DNA from: the human T2T-CHM13v2.0 reference genome, Homo sapiens
Reading direction: 5' to 3' (one strand)
Assembly: GCF_009914755.1 (NCBI RefSeq)
Contig: NC_060931.1
DNA: 64,000 nucleotides
Shown in pieces: positions 1 to 19,764 of the stretch. Below the pieces are notes generated by a model. The model saw nothing but the letters and a program-made list of their open reading frames with translations. It made no database searches and had not been told where the DNA came from. The position numbers were made by a program, and so were the translations under genes. Positions within the stretch are counted from its first letter, which is position 1. Every line of letters begins with the position of its first letter.

Positions 1-1139
1 CTATTACCTGACATCATGAGGGACCTGAATTTTTCACTGTTGAATTATTGTTTCATGTTTGCTTTTTTCTTAGTGTGTATCAGTAATCTTAAAACTTGGG
101 CTCAGTACCCCTTCAAATAACATTTTTTAAACTTCTGATTTGGAAAAATTTCAACTCTATAGAAAAATAGGAAGAATAGTACAAAGAGTATTCATGTATA
201 TCCTTTACCTAGATTCAACAGTTAATAATAGTTGGACACATTTGCTTTATCACTGTCTACTTTTTTCCTGAACTAGTTGGATATCATGTTGTGGAGGTGA
301 CACTTATAAATATGTAATCATATCTGTAAGAACTAGGACTTTATTCTACATGCATACCATATAAAGCATATGAAATTTAACATGAGAATATTTAATGGTC
401 AATCCACATTCAGATTTCCCCAGTTGACCCAATAATTTCTCTTATAGACTTTTTTTTTTAAGATAAAGAATTTTTCAAAGTTCAGCATTCTGTTTATTTG
501 TTATGTCCTTTTCATCTTTAATCACTCTCTAGGGAAGAGATCTTTTGACATTCAACATTTTTTAAGATTCCAAGCTAGCTCTTTGGTAAAATATTTCACA
601 ATTTGGATTTGATTGCCTTCTTTTTATCAGAATTAGATTAAGAGTTTGGGGGGCAAGAATGTAATGTTGATGGTGATCCTGCTCTGTGATAATTATGTTC
701 AAGAGAACATAATGTTACTTTGTACCATTATTATTGGTAATGGTAACTTTGACCAAGAGATGTAACCACTGTACTTAAAAATGTCAACATAGTAAATGCT
801 GACATTTTTAAGTAGAGCAATTATATCACTCTTGTAAATATATCAAGTGGAAAGCAACTATCATAGCATTTTGATATCCACCACCAATAGTCATTTGGAA
901 AATGTTGAGCAGTTGTACGTTGTTCCATTTTCATCTTGAACTTATGTTACTCCCGTAGGCTTTTATTCTAATGTAAAGTATTTATGCTAGAAAGTATTTT
1001 ATTGATTACTGTATCATATATTTTAAAAAACAAATACATGTATATAAATGGAAATTAAATTTCACGTTTCCTGTGACTAAAAGCTCTTTTCTTGATTAAA
1101 TTGTCATTGTAAATATCAGTAATGAATATTTCCTTATTT

Positions 1140-4848
<3,709 letters not shown>

Positions 4849-5148
4849 TTACTTTTAAATTGTGGGAGGGAACAAAAGCCCTTTTTAATGGATTACTTTG
4901 CTTTGCTCTCATGGGGCTGTCCTTCAAGAGCAATGCATTCCCTGAGCTTCAGGATAGAAAGGTGGAATCACTCCAGTTACCCCACTGTGCAGTACTACAG
5001 TATATCTGAATTTAAGGTATCCCAACAGAGACTGAGACCCACATCATATCATACAAACACTTAGAAAGGAAATTCTTTGGCGGGTTTATGATGCCTGAAA
5101 GCTTCCCAATATCGATATTTCAAATTGTCCCTTTGTTTGTTACTCCAG

Positions 5149-5196
5149 GAGGTTTTTACACGCTGAGGCAATGCATCATAGTAAGATGGCTGAGAG
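5149..5196 (+). CDS. CDK13: Candidate 48-nt in-frame cassette exon of CDK13
   Basis: ctttgtttgttactccag|GAGG...GCTGAGAG|gtatgc. The exon is 48 nt, phase 2-2 matching exon 12, and stop-free: ERFLHAEAMHHSKMAES. Confidence 0.6.
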
Positions 5197-6226
5197 GTAT
5201 GCCTTTGTTTTGTTTTTGGACCTCAGGTGCATAGACTTGGTTTAATCATAATCCTTGTGTCACTCATCATTGGTCCATGCATGGCTCTCTTTTATTTATT
5301 TTAGTTACTTTAGTTATTTTTAATAATGTTAATAAGCAGCCATGAACCTACCAAACAAAAGCTAGAATGCTGAAAATAACATACTGTAATCATATTACCC
5401 CTACCCCCACCAACCTATCCCCTTGCCTTCCTCCACCTGAGGTAACCATCATCCCTGTTTTCTTTTGTATATACTTTTTGTTGCCATCTATATGTACTCA
5501 TAAAAGGTTATATTTTAAAAATTTTAGTTGTTAATTTTATAAAAGCGCGTCATGCTGTTTGTAATATTTTGGGAATGACTTTTTAAACTAATATTGCTAA
5601 GATTCAACCATATTATTGCATCTGCCTTTATTTTATAACATGACTAATTGTGAAAGAGGAGATGTAAAAGAACTTGCTTAAACAAGCAGGCCATCCTCAA
5701 AGCTCAGTCTTAGGAAAGCAGACATATGGATATGGAAATTCCTTTAAAAAAATTCCAGGTGTACCCTCTTGGAGAGTCTTCGGGTACCTCCTAGAGGTAA
5801 ACAGATCCAGGTTGAGGATTATAGGTATATATTACCAGGTGGGGTTGCTTAAGGGAATTTGTAGATATTCTGGGCAAGTTTATTCACCTTTCTAAGCCTC
5901 AAGTTTCTCATCTTTAAAATAGGTACAACAGTAACGTTCCATTAAATACTTAATTAGGGTAAGAAGAAAGCATTTATAAACCAAATATTTGTATCTTTAA
6001 GCAAAAGTTATTCTCTAGTGTTATCAGTTGTATGAAGTTACTTTAAGATAGAATTGACTAGGAATTGTGGGCAGTTTTGATAGTTGTTATTCGCAACTCT
6101 GTTGATAAATGATGAGCCGCTCTATGCCAGGATTACCTATTTTGAAAACTCGTCTGTAGCATCAGTTTAATTCTAGAGCATTTGGATAGACAAGCAAGTT
6201 AGTAAAAAGTAAGCTTTTACTGTTAA

Positions 6227-6418
<192 letters not shown>

Positions 6419-6638
6419 TGACTGGCTAATTTTTTTATAGAGACAGGGTTTCAGCATGTTGCCCATGCTGGTGAACTCCTGAGCTCAAGTGATCCACCCA
6501 CCTTAGCCTCCCAAAGTGCCAGGATTACAGGCATGAGCTGCTGCGCCTGGCCCTTTACTACTTTTTTATCCCATATCTGGTTTCTGCAAATGGCATGTTT
6601 TTCTTTTTTGTGTGACAGGGCCTGGTTCTGTCGCCTAG

Positions 6639-6953
<315 letters not shown>

Positions 6954-6969
6954 TAAGAACTGACTTTGA

Positions 6970-7126
<157 letters not shown>

Positions 7127-7498
7127 TAGCTGGGATTACAGGTGCCCGCCACCACGCCTGGCTAATTTTTGTATTTTTAGTAGAAACGGGGTTTTGCCAT
7201 GTTGGCCAGGCTGATCTCAAACTCCTGACCTCAGATGATCCACCTATGTCGGCCTCCCAAAGTGCTGGGATTACAGGCATGCCCAGCATAGTAGCCTATT
7301 TTTATGAATATATATTCTTCATTCATAATTTTGATAAATGATTATTTATTGATTATTCAAAAGCCAAAGAAAAATAGATTATCTGTAAAGGCAAAGCAAG
7401 CCCTGAAGGAAGTGGGACAATAAGGATGATTTTTATTGGAAGAGTTTTACAGAGCCATTCTATGAAGTCTTCAAGAACTATTTGGGGTGGGGGCATAA

Positions 7499-7786
<288 letters not shown>

Positions 7787-8419
7787 TAATGCTTCCATGG
7801 GTTGGTTTTCTTCACATTGTTTTGCAGTTAATTCTGATCATATTGCTCTAATGTTAAAGCATCTTGTGGCTAACAATGAAAATTAACATTTATTCACTGA
7901 ACTAGACATTTCTTTGTGCCAGTACAGAAGTTTCATTGCTATTGGCACCACAATTTTAAGTAATCTTAAGGTAACTTATAAAGAAGCATCAAATTACCTG
8001 ACTGGCAAGTCCTCGGATTTCTGTATTTCCTTTTTACTCTTAGTGCAGGAGTGAGTAGGTCTTTTACTGACACTACTCTCAGTGAGGCTCAGCATTCAAT
8101 GTCTATAGATGCTTACGCAGTAGGAAGAAAGGTATAAGAAAACAGCCAAAAATCATAATGAGAGCTCTTTCATACCATTTATAGCGTCCTCATGTCACTC
8201 CTAATGTTATAATTTCTCTGGTTATATTAAAGAATCTTAAAGATTGGGGCCAGGCATGCTGGCTCACGCCTGTAATCCTAGCACTTTGGGAGACTGAGGC
8301 GGATGGATCACCTGAGATCAGGAGTTCGAGACTAGCCTGGCCAACATCGCGAAACCCCGTCTCTACTAAAAATACAAAAATTAGCCGGGCGTGGTGGCAC
8401 ACACCTGTAATCCCAGCTA

Positions 8420-8527
<108 letters not shown>

Positions 8528-8586
8528 TCAAAATATGTGTGTGTGTGTGTGTGAGTGAATCTGATATTTGTGCCCAAAATAACTTA

Positions 8587-8955
<369 letters not shown>

Positions 8956-9148
8956 TCAGTCTGTCATAGAGTAAGCTTTTTGATGCAAAGTCTGCCTCTT
9001 CAATGTTGTCAAGAGTGTTAAAATCATTTAACAACTTTTTAAAAGGACCTCCACTCCCTCATTTTGCCTAAAACATCCAGAAACACCCATCTTTAATTTA
9101 ACACCATCTTTAGTTGAAGTTTTATGAAAACAGAGACTGATATAAAAT

Positions 9149-9170
9149 AGAGAGAGAGAGAGAGAGAGAG

Positions 9171-9205
<35 letters not shown>
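9149..9205 (+). repeat. Compound microsatellite (AG)n(TG)n
   Basis: Directly visible: ~13 AG units followed by ~15 TG units. Confidence 0.95.
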
Positions 9206-9207
<2 letters not shown>

Positions 9208-9786
9208 GTGGTGGCTTATTAAACATGAAAAAATAGACTAGCACTTCTTAAGAGATGAGTATATGTTGATTGATGAGTTAGTTGATTAAAACAGATGTGT
9301 GGATCAGACTGAACTTTTGGTGGTTGAAGATAAATATAGATTAACTGAGAAAGCTTTAGGAAGATAACCATTAATGCTTGCCAATGTAGTCTACAAGCTT
9401 CTACTTGACCTTGGTTCAACTGCATACTTAAAGTACTCATTCAATGAATACCAAAAGCAATTGTTATTTGTTGTTCAAAAGTATTCTTTCTTGAAATAGT
9501 GAGTTCCCCTTATACATTAAAATATTTGTCCTGCTAACAAAAGGATGTGAAATGGCAATAACAGAAATTTTGGATGGTGATCTGTTTTCCCAGGCAACAG
9601 TTGTCATATTTGGCAAGACTCTCAGGTCTTTATTTCTGGTCCTCTTCATGGAACTGATGTCTTAAACTCTACCAAACGTAGTAGTTTACTCATTTTAGCT
9701 GGTAAAAAATGATTTGCCCTTTCTGGGCTCATTTTGTTGTTAATTTGCTCTAACTTACTTTACAACCCTGTTTTAATGGTGGATAA

Positions 9787-10047
<261 letters not shown>

Positions 10048-10362
10048 TAAATAGCTGGGTGTGGTGGCTCATGCCCGTAATCCCAGCACTCTGGGAGGCC
10101 GGGGCGGGCTGTTTGCTTATGTTCGGGATTTCGAGACCAGCCTAGGTAACATGGCAAAACCCCGTCTCTACAAAAAATACAAAAATTAGCCTGGCCTATA
10201 TTCCCAGTTACTTGCGGGGCTGAAGCAGGAAAGATTGCTTGAGCCTAGGAGGTCGAGACTGCAGTGAGCTGAGATTGTGCCACTGGCACTGTGGCCTGGA
10301 TGATAAAGTGAGACCCTGTCTTAAAAAATCAAGAGAAAAGAGAAGAATCAGTATTGTGATTA

Positions 10363-10581
<219 letters not shown>

Positions 10582-10607
10582 TCAGGAGATCGAGACCATC
10601 CTGGCTA

Positions 10608-11018
<411 letters not shown>

Positions 11019-11679
11019 TCATTTTCTTCTCCGTCATCAGTAAGTATGCTGAAATAAGAAAACGCCCCTTCAGCAAAAGAGGCACCTCAATTAAAGACCA
11101 CATCCCTGAATTCATATGGAGAGACTACCTGTGGTAATAGGGAAATGAAAATAAGGAAAAATGACTTTTGATTTGTAGCAAACAAGCATGCTCACGGATC
11201 ATAAGAAGAACTTGCAGAAGTATCTCAAAATATATAAAGAGAATATAAAAGCATTAAACACCAGTTTTTCATCATCTTAGAGTTCCTCTTCTATCAATCT
11301 GTCATCTGTGATTATGGGAATTGCTTATCATTGCAGTCTTATAGTTACCATATATGGTATTATATGCATTTGAGCCTTGTCGTTATATGTGATTCAGATA
11401 AGCTTGCGTGAGGGAGGACCTGTGTAAATTATCCCAAGTCTAAACTGAAAGTTGGAAAAACAACTGAATCCTTATTACTGGTGATGAGTTAATACTATCA
11501 TATGCATATATTAATAATAAGCATATTTCTGTAGGCATTCCTAACTTACCCAAAGTTACAAAAAAAAAAAGGTAATTTGAAGAAAAACACAGGCATTTTA
11601 TCAGAATCTGAAAAATGTCATGATTTCAATATAGTGCAAAGATAACCTTAGATTTTGCATAATAAACTTTATTTTAGAG

Positions 11680-11925
11680 AAAGTACGGTGTAGTTAAGAG
11701 CTCAGATTGTGGAATCAGAATATCAGATTCAGATCTCACCTCTGCCACTTACAGAATATTTGCCCTTGGGCAAGTTGCTTGGTCTCTTTCGGTGTCAGTT
11801 TCTTCTTCTCAGTAAAAGGAGGCTAATAATAGAGTCTGCCTTCTAAGGTTGTTGTAAGGAATAAAGGATATTAAATGCTTAGAAGGTATGTGACACTCCC
11901 TTAGCTGTCATCATTATCATTATTC
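11680..11925 (+). mobile_element. MIR SINE
   Basis: CTCTGCCACTTAC...CCTTGGGCAAGTTGCTT..TCTCTTTC..GTCAGTTTCTTC core. Confidence 0.7.
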
Positions 11926-12197
11926 ATTTCCCATTCACAATGTGCTGTTTCCTGGTTAAATCCATAACATGAGGTTTTAGTAGTGGTCTTGATTTTCCTT
12001 TTGAAGTATTTACCCCTAAAGATTTATTCAAAATTGACTGCAGTTCTTTTTATGTACAGGTACATTTTAAATGTACATGATATTTAACTAGACTTGAGGT
12101 TCTCTTTTTACAGTATTTCTTAAATACTCTCCCTCAAATATATATTTTCATATGGTAATACAGAGCCATTTTGGTGTGGGAGTGGGAGGAGCTGTGA

Positions 12198-12809
<612 letters not shown>

Positions 12810-13153
12810 TAACTGGCAATAGGTTGGTTTTTCAGTCTGTTTACTTCCAGGAATGGATTCTTTAACAAATTATCCATGTGAGATAGAACTCATTGTGAAT
12901 GATAAAGATATTTCTAAGGTAAACCTATGGTTAAGAAATAATATTTAACTCCAAATACGAAAGGATGCTTGACTAAGGCATAATTTATGTACACAGTAGC
13001 TTTTGTTCCTCAAGCAATGAAGTATACGTGAATTCTGCACCTAGCCGTAATTAGCTTTAAAAAGCCAATTACGGCTGGGTGCAGTGGCTCACACCTGTAA
13101 TCCCAGCACTTTGAGAAGCTGAAGTGGGAAGATTGCCTGAACCCAGGAATTCA

Positions 13154-13351
<198 letters not shown>

Positions 13352-13533
13352 TCACCAAAAAAAAAAAAAAAAATTTTTTTTTTTTTAAAGAGAAGCCATA
13401 TACAGTAAAATTTACCAGTTACCATAGTACTTGTAAACTTTTTGCTTTTTTCATTTAACATTTTGCCAGAGATGGAACTTCTAATCATCTTTAGAACTAC
13501 CTACAGGAAACACTGAGTATTTTGAATATTTAG

Positions 13534-14430
<897 letters not shown>

Positions 14431-17400
14431 GTATCTGTTTTTCCTCAGGCACATCATTTTTATCTGGAAAGACTTTTCTAGCTGCAATTTAAGGCAGCAA
14501 TCCAAGAGACTTGAATAATAATAATTCAACAACAGCTTTATTTTTATGTGGAGAAGGGTCTTGCATACAATAGTTTAAAAAAGACAAAAAAAACCTTTGC
14601 TTAAATTCATGCTGTTCTAAAAACTAGATCGATTGTACATCTTCACAAATTCTAGTTAACAATTTTATTTTGTATTCTTGCAGTTTTAAGTGGATGCTAA
14701 TTTTAGGGGCATAAGCCTTTTATGGCCCTCTTGCAGATCTTCTGAACTATGCACATTTGTGCTTTTTTTGTAAGTTTGGACCAACTTTTATGTAACAAAC
14801 AGCCCCTCCCCACCTCCAGTTTTACAACAATCAGAAAGGGCACTGATTTATTTGGTATTTTTCTTTTTACAAAGCTACCTTTAGTCAAAGGTCACTGTCA
14901 GTCTTTGCACCTGCTTTCAGTGTTATTGTGAAAGGTGTACTTTGTGCTCATTTCAGAAAATAAAACACAACCTTTCTCTTGATGCAACAGTTTTATAAAA
15001 AAAAAAATGGTCAACGTTATTTTTGTTTTGTTTTGCAGATTATCAAAGCCTAGCAAAATGCATTTAAATGAAATAGTGGGTTTTATATGAAAACTATGGG
15101 TGGGGTGGGGAGGGAAAGTAAGTGCCTTAACAGGTAAGCTTAAGGTCTGAAAAAAATAGTTAACTTTTACCCCCATTTGTCTTTTAAAGGGAATCAATGC
15201 ATTAAAAAGGCAAGAAACTCTGAAGTTTCAGGGGCTGCCTGTTCAGTTCCTGTTAGGTCCATTCCCTCTGCTTGTCACACTTTCTCCTTTTCTGCCTGTC
15301 TTTGGGCTGTGTTGCCTTTCACTACCACCTTCTCTTGATAGGGGAGTGAGAGCAAAGAAAGGGAGTAGAACTGCAATCAGTACATATTGTTTGAGAAGTT
15401 CTACAAAGTTTTGTCATTTAAATGGTTGAAAGTAATAGCTCCAGGAGAATTTTAGAGTACCATTTTCTTTCAGGCTGCCATATTATCCCTGTTTCCATTT
15501 GCCATGGATAATTGGAGGGTCATGGTATAGAAGCAAGAGTTAATAACAGAACTTGCCTAAATGTGTTAAAGTTCATGGGGGAGGGGTGGCAAATACCGTA
15601 TTTTAAGTTATGCAATTGCCCTTTTAAGAAAGTCAATTCTATTCACTTGTTAACTAGAAACATTGCTTAGATTGAATTTATTGAAGCAAAAAGAAAAGGC
15701 AATGAGAGAGAACTTTTATCTTCCTTCCTGTCACATTCTGTAAAGTTGATTATGACTTCTGCCAGACTTAGAGCAACAACTTTAGTTCATTTTAACATTT
15801 TTTTTTAATGAAGAGCATCAAAGAATGGAGTAGTCCTTATTTAAACTGTAATGGTGTCAAGTCTCACTGTGTGCACACTCTCACACATACACACACAATT
15901 ATACTAATTCTAGAAAGGAACCAAAGGTAAATAACCAGTGTTTCCATTATCACTAAATGGAAAAATTGACTGGAAGTTAGAGTTGTGCCAATTAATCATT
16001 TTGTTCATCAACTGTTCTGGTAACTTATTTTTTTTTATTGGAATCTTAAATTGGAACAACTGTTACAGAATGTATATTGCTCCAGTTCTAAAGCCAGTTA
16101 ACCCTGTGCCCTCTAACTTATGAACCTTCATTTCAAAACAGTATGTGGGAAGTCCTGTAGTTTGATAAGAGTAAAATTATTTTAAAGAGGATAATTTACC
16201 ATTTTACTACTATAAAATAAGTTGATATCAGTTGACCATTTTATTTTTTGATGGACTCTTTTTGTTGGGAGAAAGAAATGAATGGAAGAAAAAAATATGT
16301 TGCTTTTATTTGAATATTGATTACTAACAACTTATAAACTACATTGCAGGAAATGAAGAAATATTTTGAAATTAGCAAAATAGCAACAGTATTCAAGTAT
16401 CTGAAATTTTAATATGGTGAGTCTTAGAGCTTTAGACTTTCCTATAAGTGACAGTATCTAAGTTATTCTTAATAGTCACACTTGATAATTCTGCTGACCA
16501 TAAGCAGCTAACCTACAGTTGAAGATATTTATGTGACATGAATAGCCTGTGTTTTAAAAATTAAATATTTTATATAAAATTGAACTGTGTTTGGATAGTT
16601 TTTCTAATCAAACATTTCAGTTATATATTTATGTTGGGAGAGTGGCTGGGAGGACAGGGAAATTGTTGCTTTGACATTGAAAATTTGAACTAGAACTTCT
16701 AATATTATCCTTACACAGCACTACTGTGAGACATACTAGTCTTTTATATGTCACTTAGAAGAAAAAATGTTGCCAATTAAGCCACAATACAATGCTAAGA
16801 CGTCATCAATTGTAAGCTGCATCCCAGATTCAGACATATTATATGAAAATATGTCTTATAATTGATGAAATATGATAGTAAAAAATTTTAATGCTTCCCT
16901 TCATAGCATTTAATATTTTAATTCAGTGAATTTGGATTAATAGAACAAAGTTGGGAAATCACTAGTTCTGTAGGTTATAACAGCAGTCATCGCTGAAAAT
17001 TTGAGTGAAATCTAAAGAACACAAAATATTGCTTAAATTTTTTGGAAAAAAGCAGGTAAGTCAGACTGCAAGTTAAGAAGACAAAAATATAAAAGATTTG
17101 ACCTGCCAAAAGAAGAAAGTATTTATCTTCTCCCACGTGAAATTCCCTTTTGTATTTACTGACACAGCAGGTTTTTCTGCATGCAACTCAGTATGTTTCC
17201 TACGTCTTCATTATTTGTTGGAGAGTTGCAAGTCATTTGTGAAACCTTAAAATGCCAATTTTAAGGAGTTGTCATTTGTGGAATGTGAAATAAGGTAATA
17301 ATTCTAGCTGTGATTCAGAGCTTTATTCTGTCAGCAAATACATAGTCAGTGCCTACAACATGCCAGGTAGTAATCTAGTCCTTGGGGTACATCAATAACC

Positions 17401-19035
17401 GTCAACAGTGTTAAATCATACTTTCAGTGTGCTGACAGTGAGCAAGATTTTTTTAAATGTCTGGAGAAGTTAGTGGTATTTGCTACCCTCAGCTGTATCT
17501 AAATTGCACTTAAGTGAATGTAGGGCATGAAAATTTGAGTATCTTTTTGAAATTTTAAATTGAAATTTGGATAGAGATGGTTATGGAGAGAAATCAAACA
17601 ACTGGAATAGCTGTTTGATATCACTTAAAAGTGATAAAATTTTAAGTTGAATCTGGTCAGTTTGCAATGGCCTATTTGTAAGAAATATCAAGACTTCTTG
17701 AGAAAAATGAAAAGTGAATACATAAATGCTTAAAATCTGGTACTTCTGAGTTAAGGTTTTGCTCTTTGAGCTTAATCCAATTTGGGATGATTTTTCATCC
17801 TAGGGCTTTTTGTTTTCCTTTTTTATTTTTATTTTTTCTTTTTTTAGGGGAAGGGGACTTGCTTTCTTTTCCAAAAAGGTGAATCCTTCTTGTAGGACAT
17901 AGGTAAAAAAAACAAAGCTGAAATATATGTTTTGAATATAGATAGCTAATTCCCTGGGATATAATATCCTTTCAATTTTTTTTTTTTTTTTGGCCCAGTC
18001 TGCCTTTTGATGTTTTAAAAGTCTGAACGAGATGTCCCAGTAACCTAAAATTATCCAGTCGGTCTTCTTACTTTACAACTAAGAAAAATAAGGCTTAGAA
18101 AGAGGGATTGCCAGAAACTTTGGCAGCTGGATTGCCTGTGCTTGTTCCTCTAAGCCATACCTAAATTCTGCAGTAAATACTTAACTTTTTAATAGGGAAA
18201 TTGCTTCAAGATAACTTGACCAGTGATACGGTAAAATAATTAGACTATTGGACTAATGGTTTAACACAAGTGGCTTTAAAAAGTCTGCTTAAAAAACAAT
18301 TTTTATTTAGAAAAAATAGAAAAATAAAAACATCTTCAAAATTTAGGAGCCTGAAGGGGCTGTTTGTTTCATATATGGATAATCTTTGAAAAGGCAAGTC
18401 CTGTATGTATTTTTCATTTGTTGAAAGAAGATTGGTTATCAGTAGGCTTGCAAACATAATTTGCTTTTAAGTTCTTTCAAGGTTTTATGCAATAAAACCT
18501 ATTGATTTGGAACTTTAAAAAAAAAAACAACAAAAAAATACTTTCAGGGTTTTGTAATTTCAAGTGGTTTTTTAAGGGGAGCAATAGTTTGCCATTTACC
18601 AAAGGCTTCTCCAGATAATTTCTTAAATGTTTCTACTTAAAAATAAAAGCTATTAATAATAAGCTGTCATGGGATCCATTTGAAGACAGGGAAAATAGAA
18701 AATTTTTATTGTAAAGGGAAGAACTTATCCTTTTAATTTTATGGACTAACAGAGTCTGCAGGTCTTAACTCATTTCAGCCTGTCAAATGTGCAATTAAAA
18801 ATGAATTTTCTAATTGTATTCAAATGAGGCTCTATAGTGAATACAGAATCACTCTTCTAAGTTTTTTCCCAGTTAATTTGTTTAAAAGTGTTGTACTCTC
18901 TTGCAAGAACGTTTAAAAGTTAAGTCTTGTAACTGTTAACATCTAATGTATTAATATAAGCCATTTGTTTTTTACCATTTTTTTAAGGCCGTATTCAATA
19001 GTCTGTAAATAAATTGCCGTAACACTCCCAGGCCA
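14431..19035 (+). other. CDK13: CDK13 3' UTR (long form), AU-rich with no recognisable Alu
   Basis: No Alu from the stop codon to ~19390. AATAAA at 14959, 18491, 18642 and 19008; the end is placed just after the last hexamer (inferred). Confidence 0.75.
19008..19013 (+). terminator. Distal CDK13 polyadenylation signal
   Basis: AATAAA with upstream UGUA and downstream U/GU-rich sequence (ttttttcagccttgtttgctttttg). Confidence 0.7.
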
Positions 19036-19346
19036 TTTTTCAGCCTTGTTTGCTTTTTGCTTCTATCCAGAACAGACTTTTTGAAGTAATCTTATCTGAT
19101 AAAGATGACCACTTGTAATCCACTGTGCCGTTTTTTTGACAAAGGTTAAGATGTGGAATCTTTTTTTTTCTTTTTATAATTAGTACATATTTGGAAATAG
19201 GAACACAGAGAAGAACACCCCCAGATAACCACATAATATTTTGCCTTTGATGGATGTATTTGAATGCATATCTTGTTTTTTTTTTTCTTAAAACAATGGG
19301 ATCATACTGCCCATAGCTTTGTAATTTGAATTTTTTCATTTAATAA

Positions 19347-19764
<418 letters not shown>

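Noticed and set aside
18245-18457. 70-aa ATG ORF antisense to the CDK13 3' UTR
   Set aside because: No homology recognised, no promoter or splice context, and a length expected by chance.
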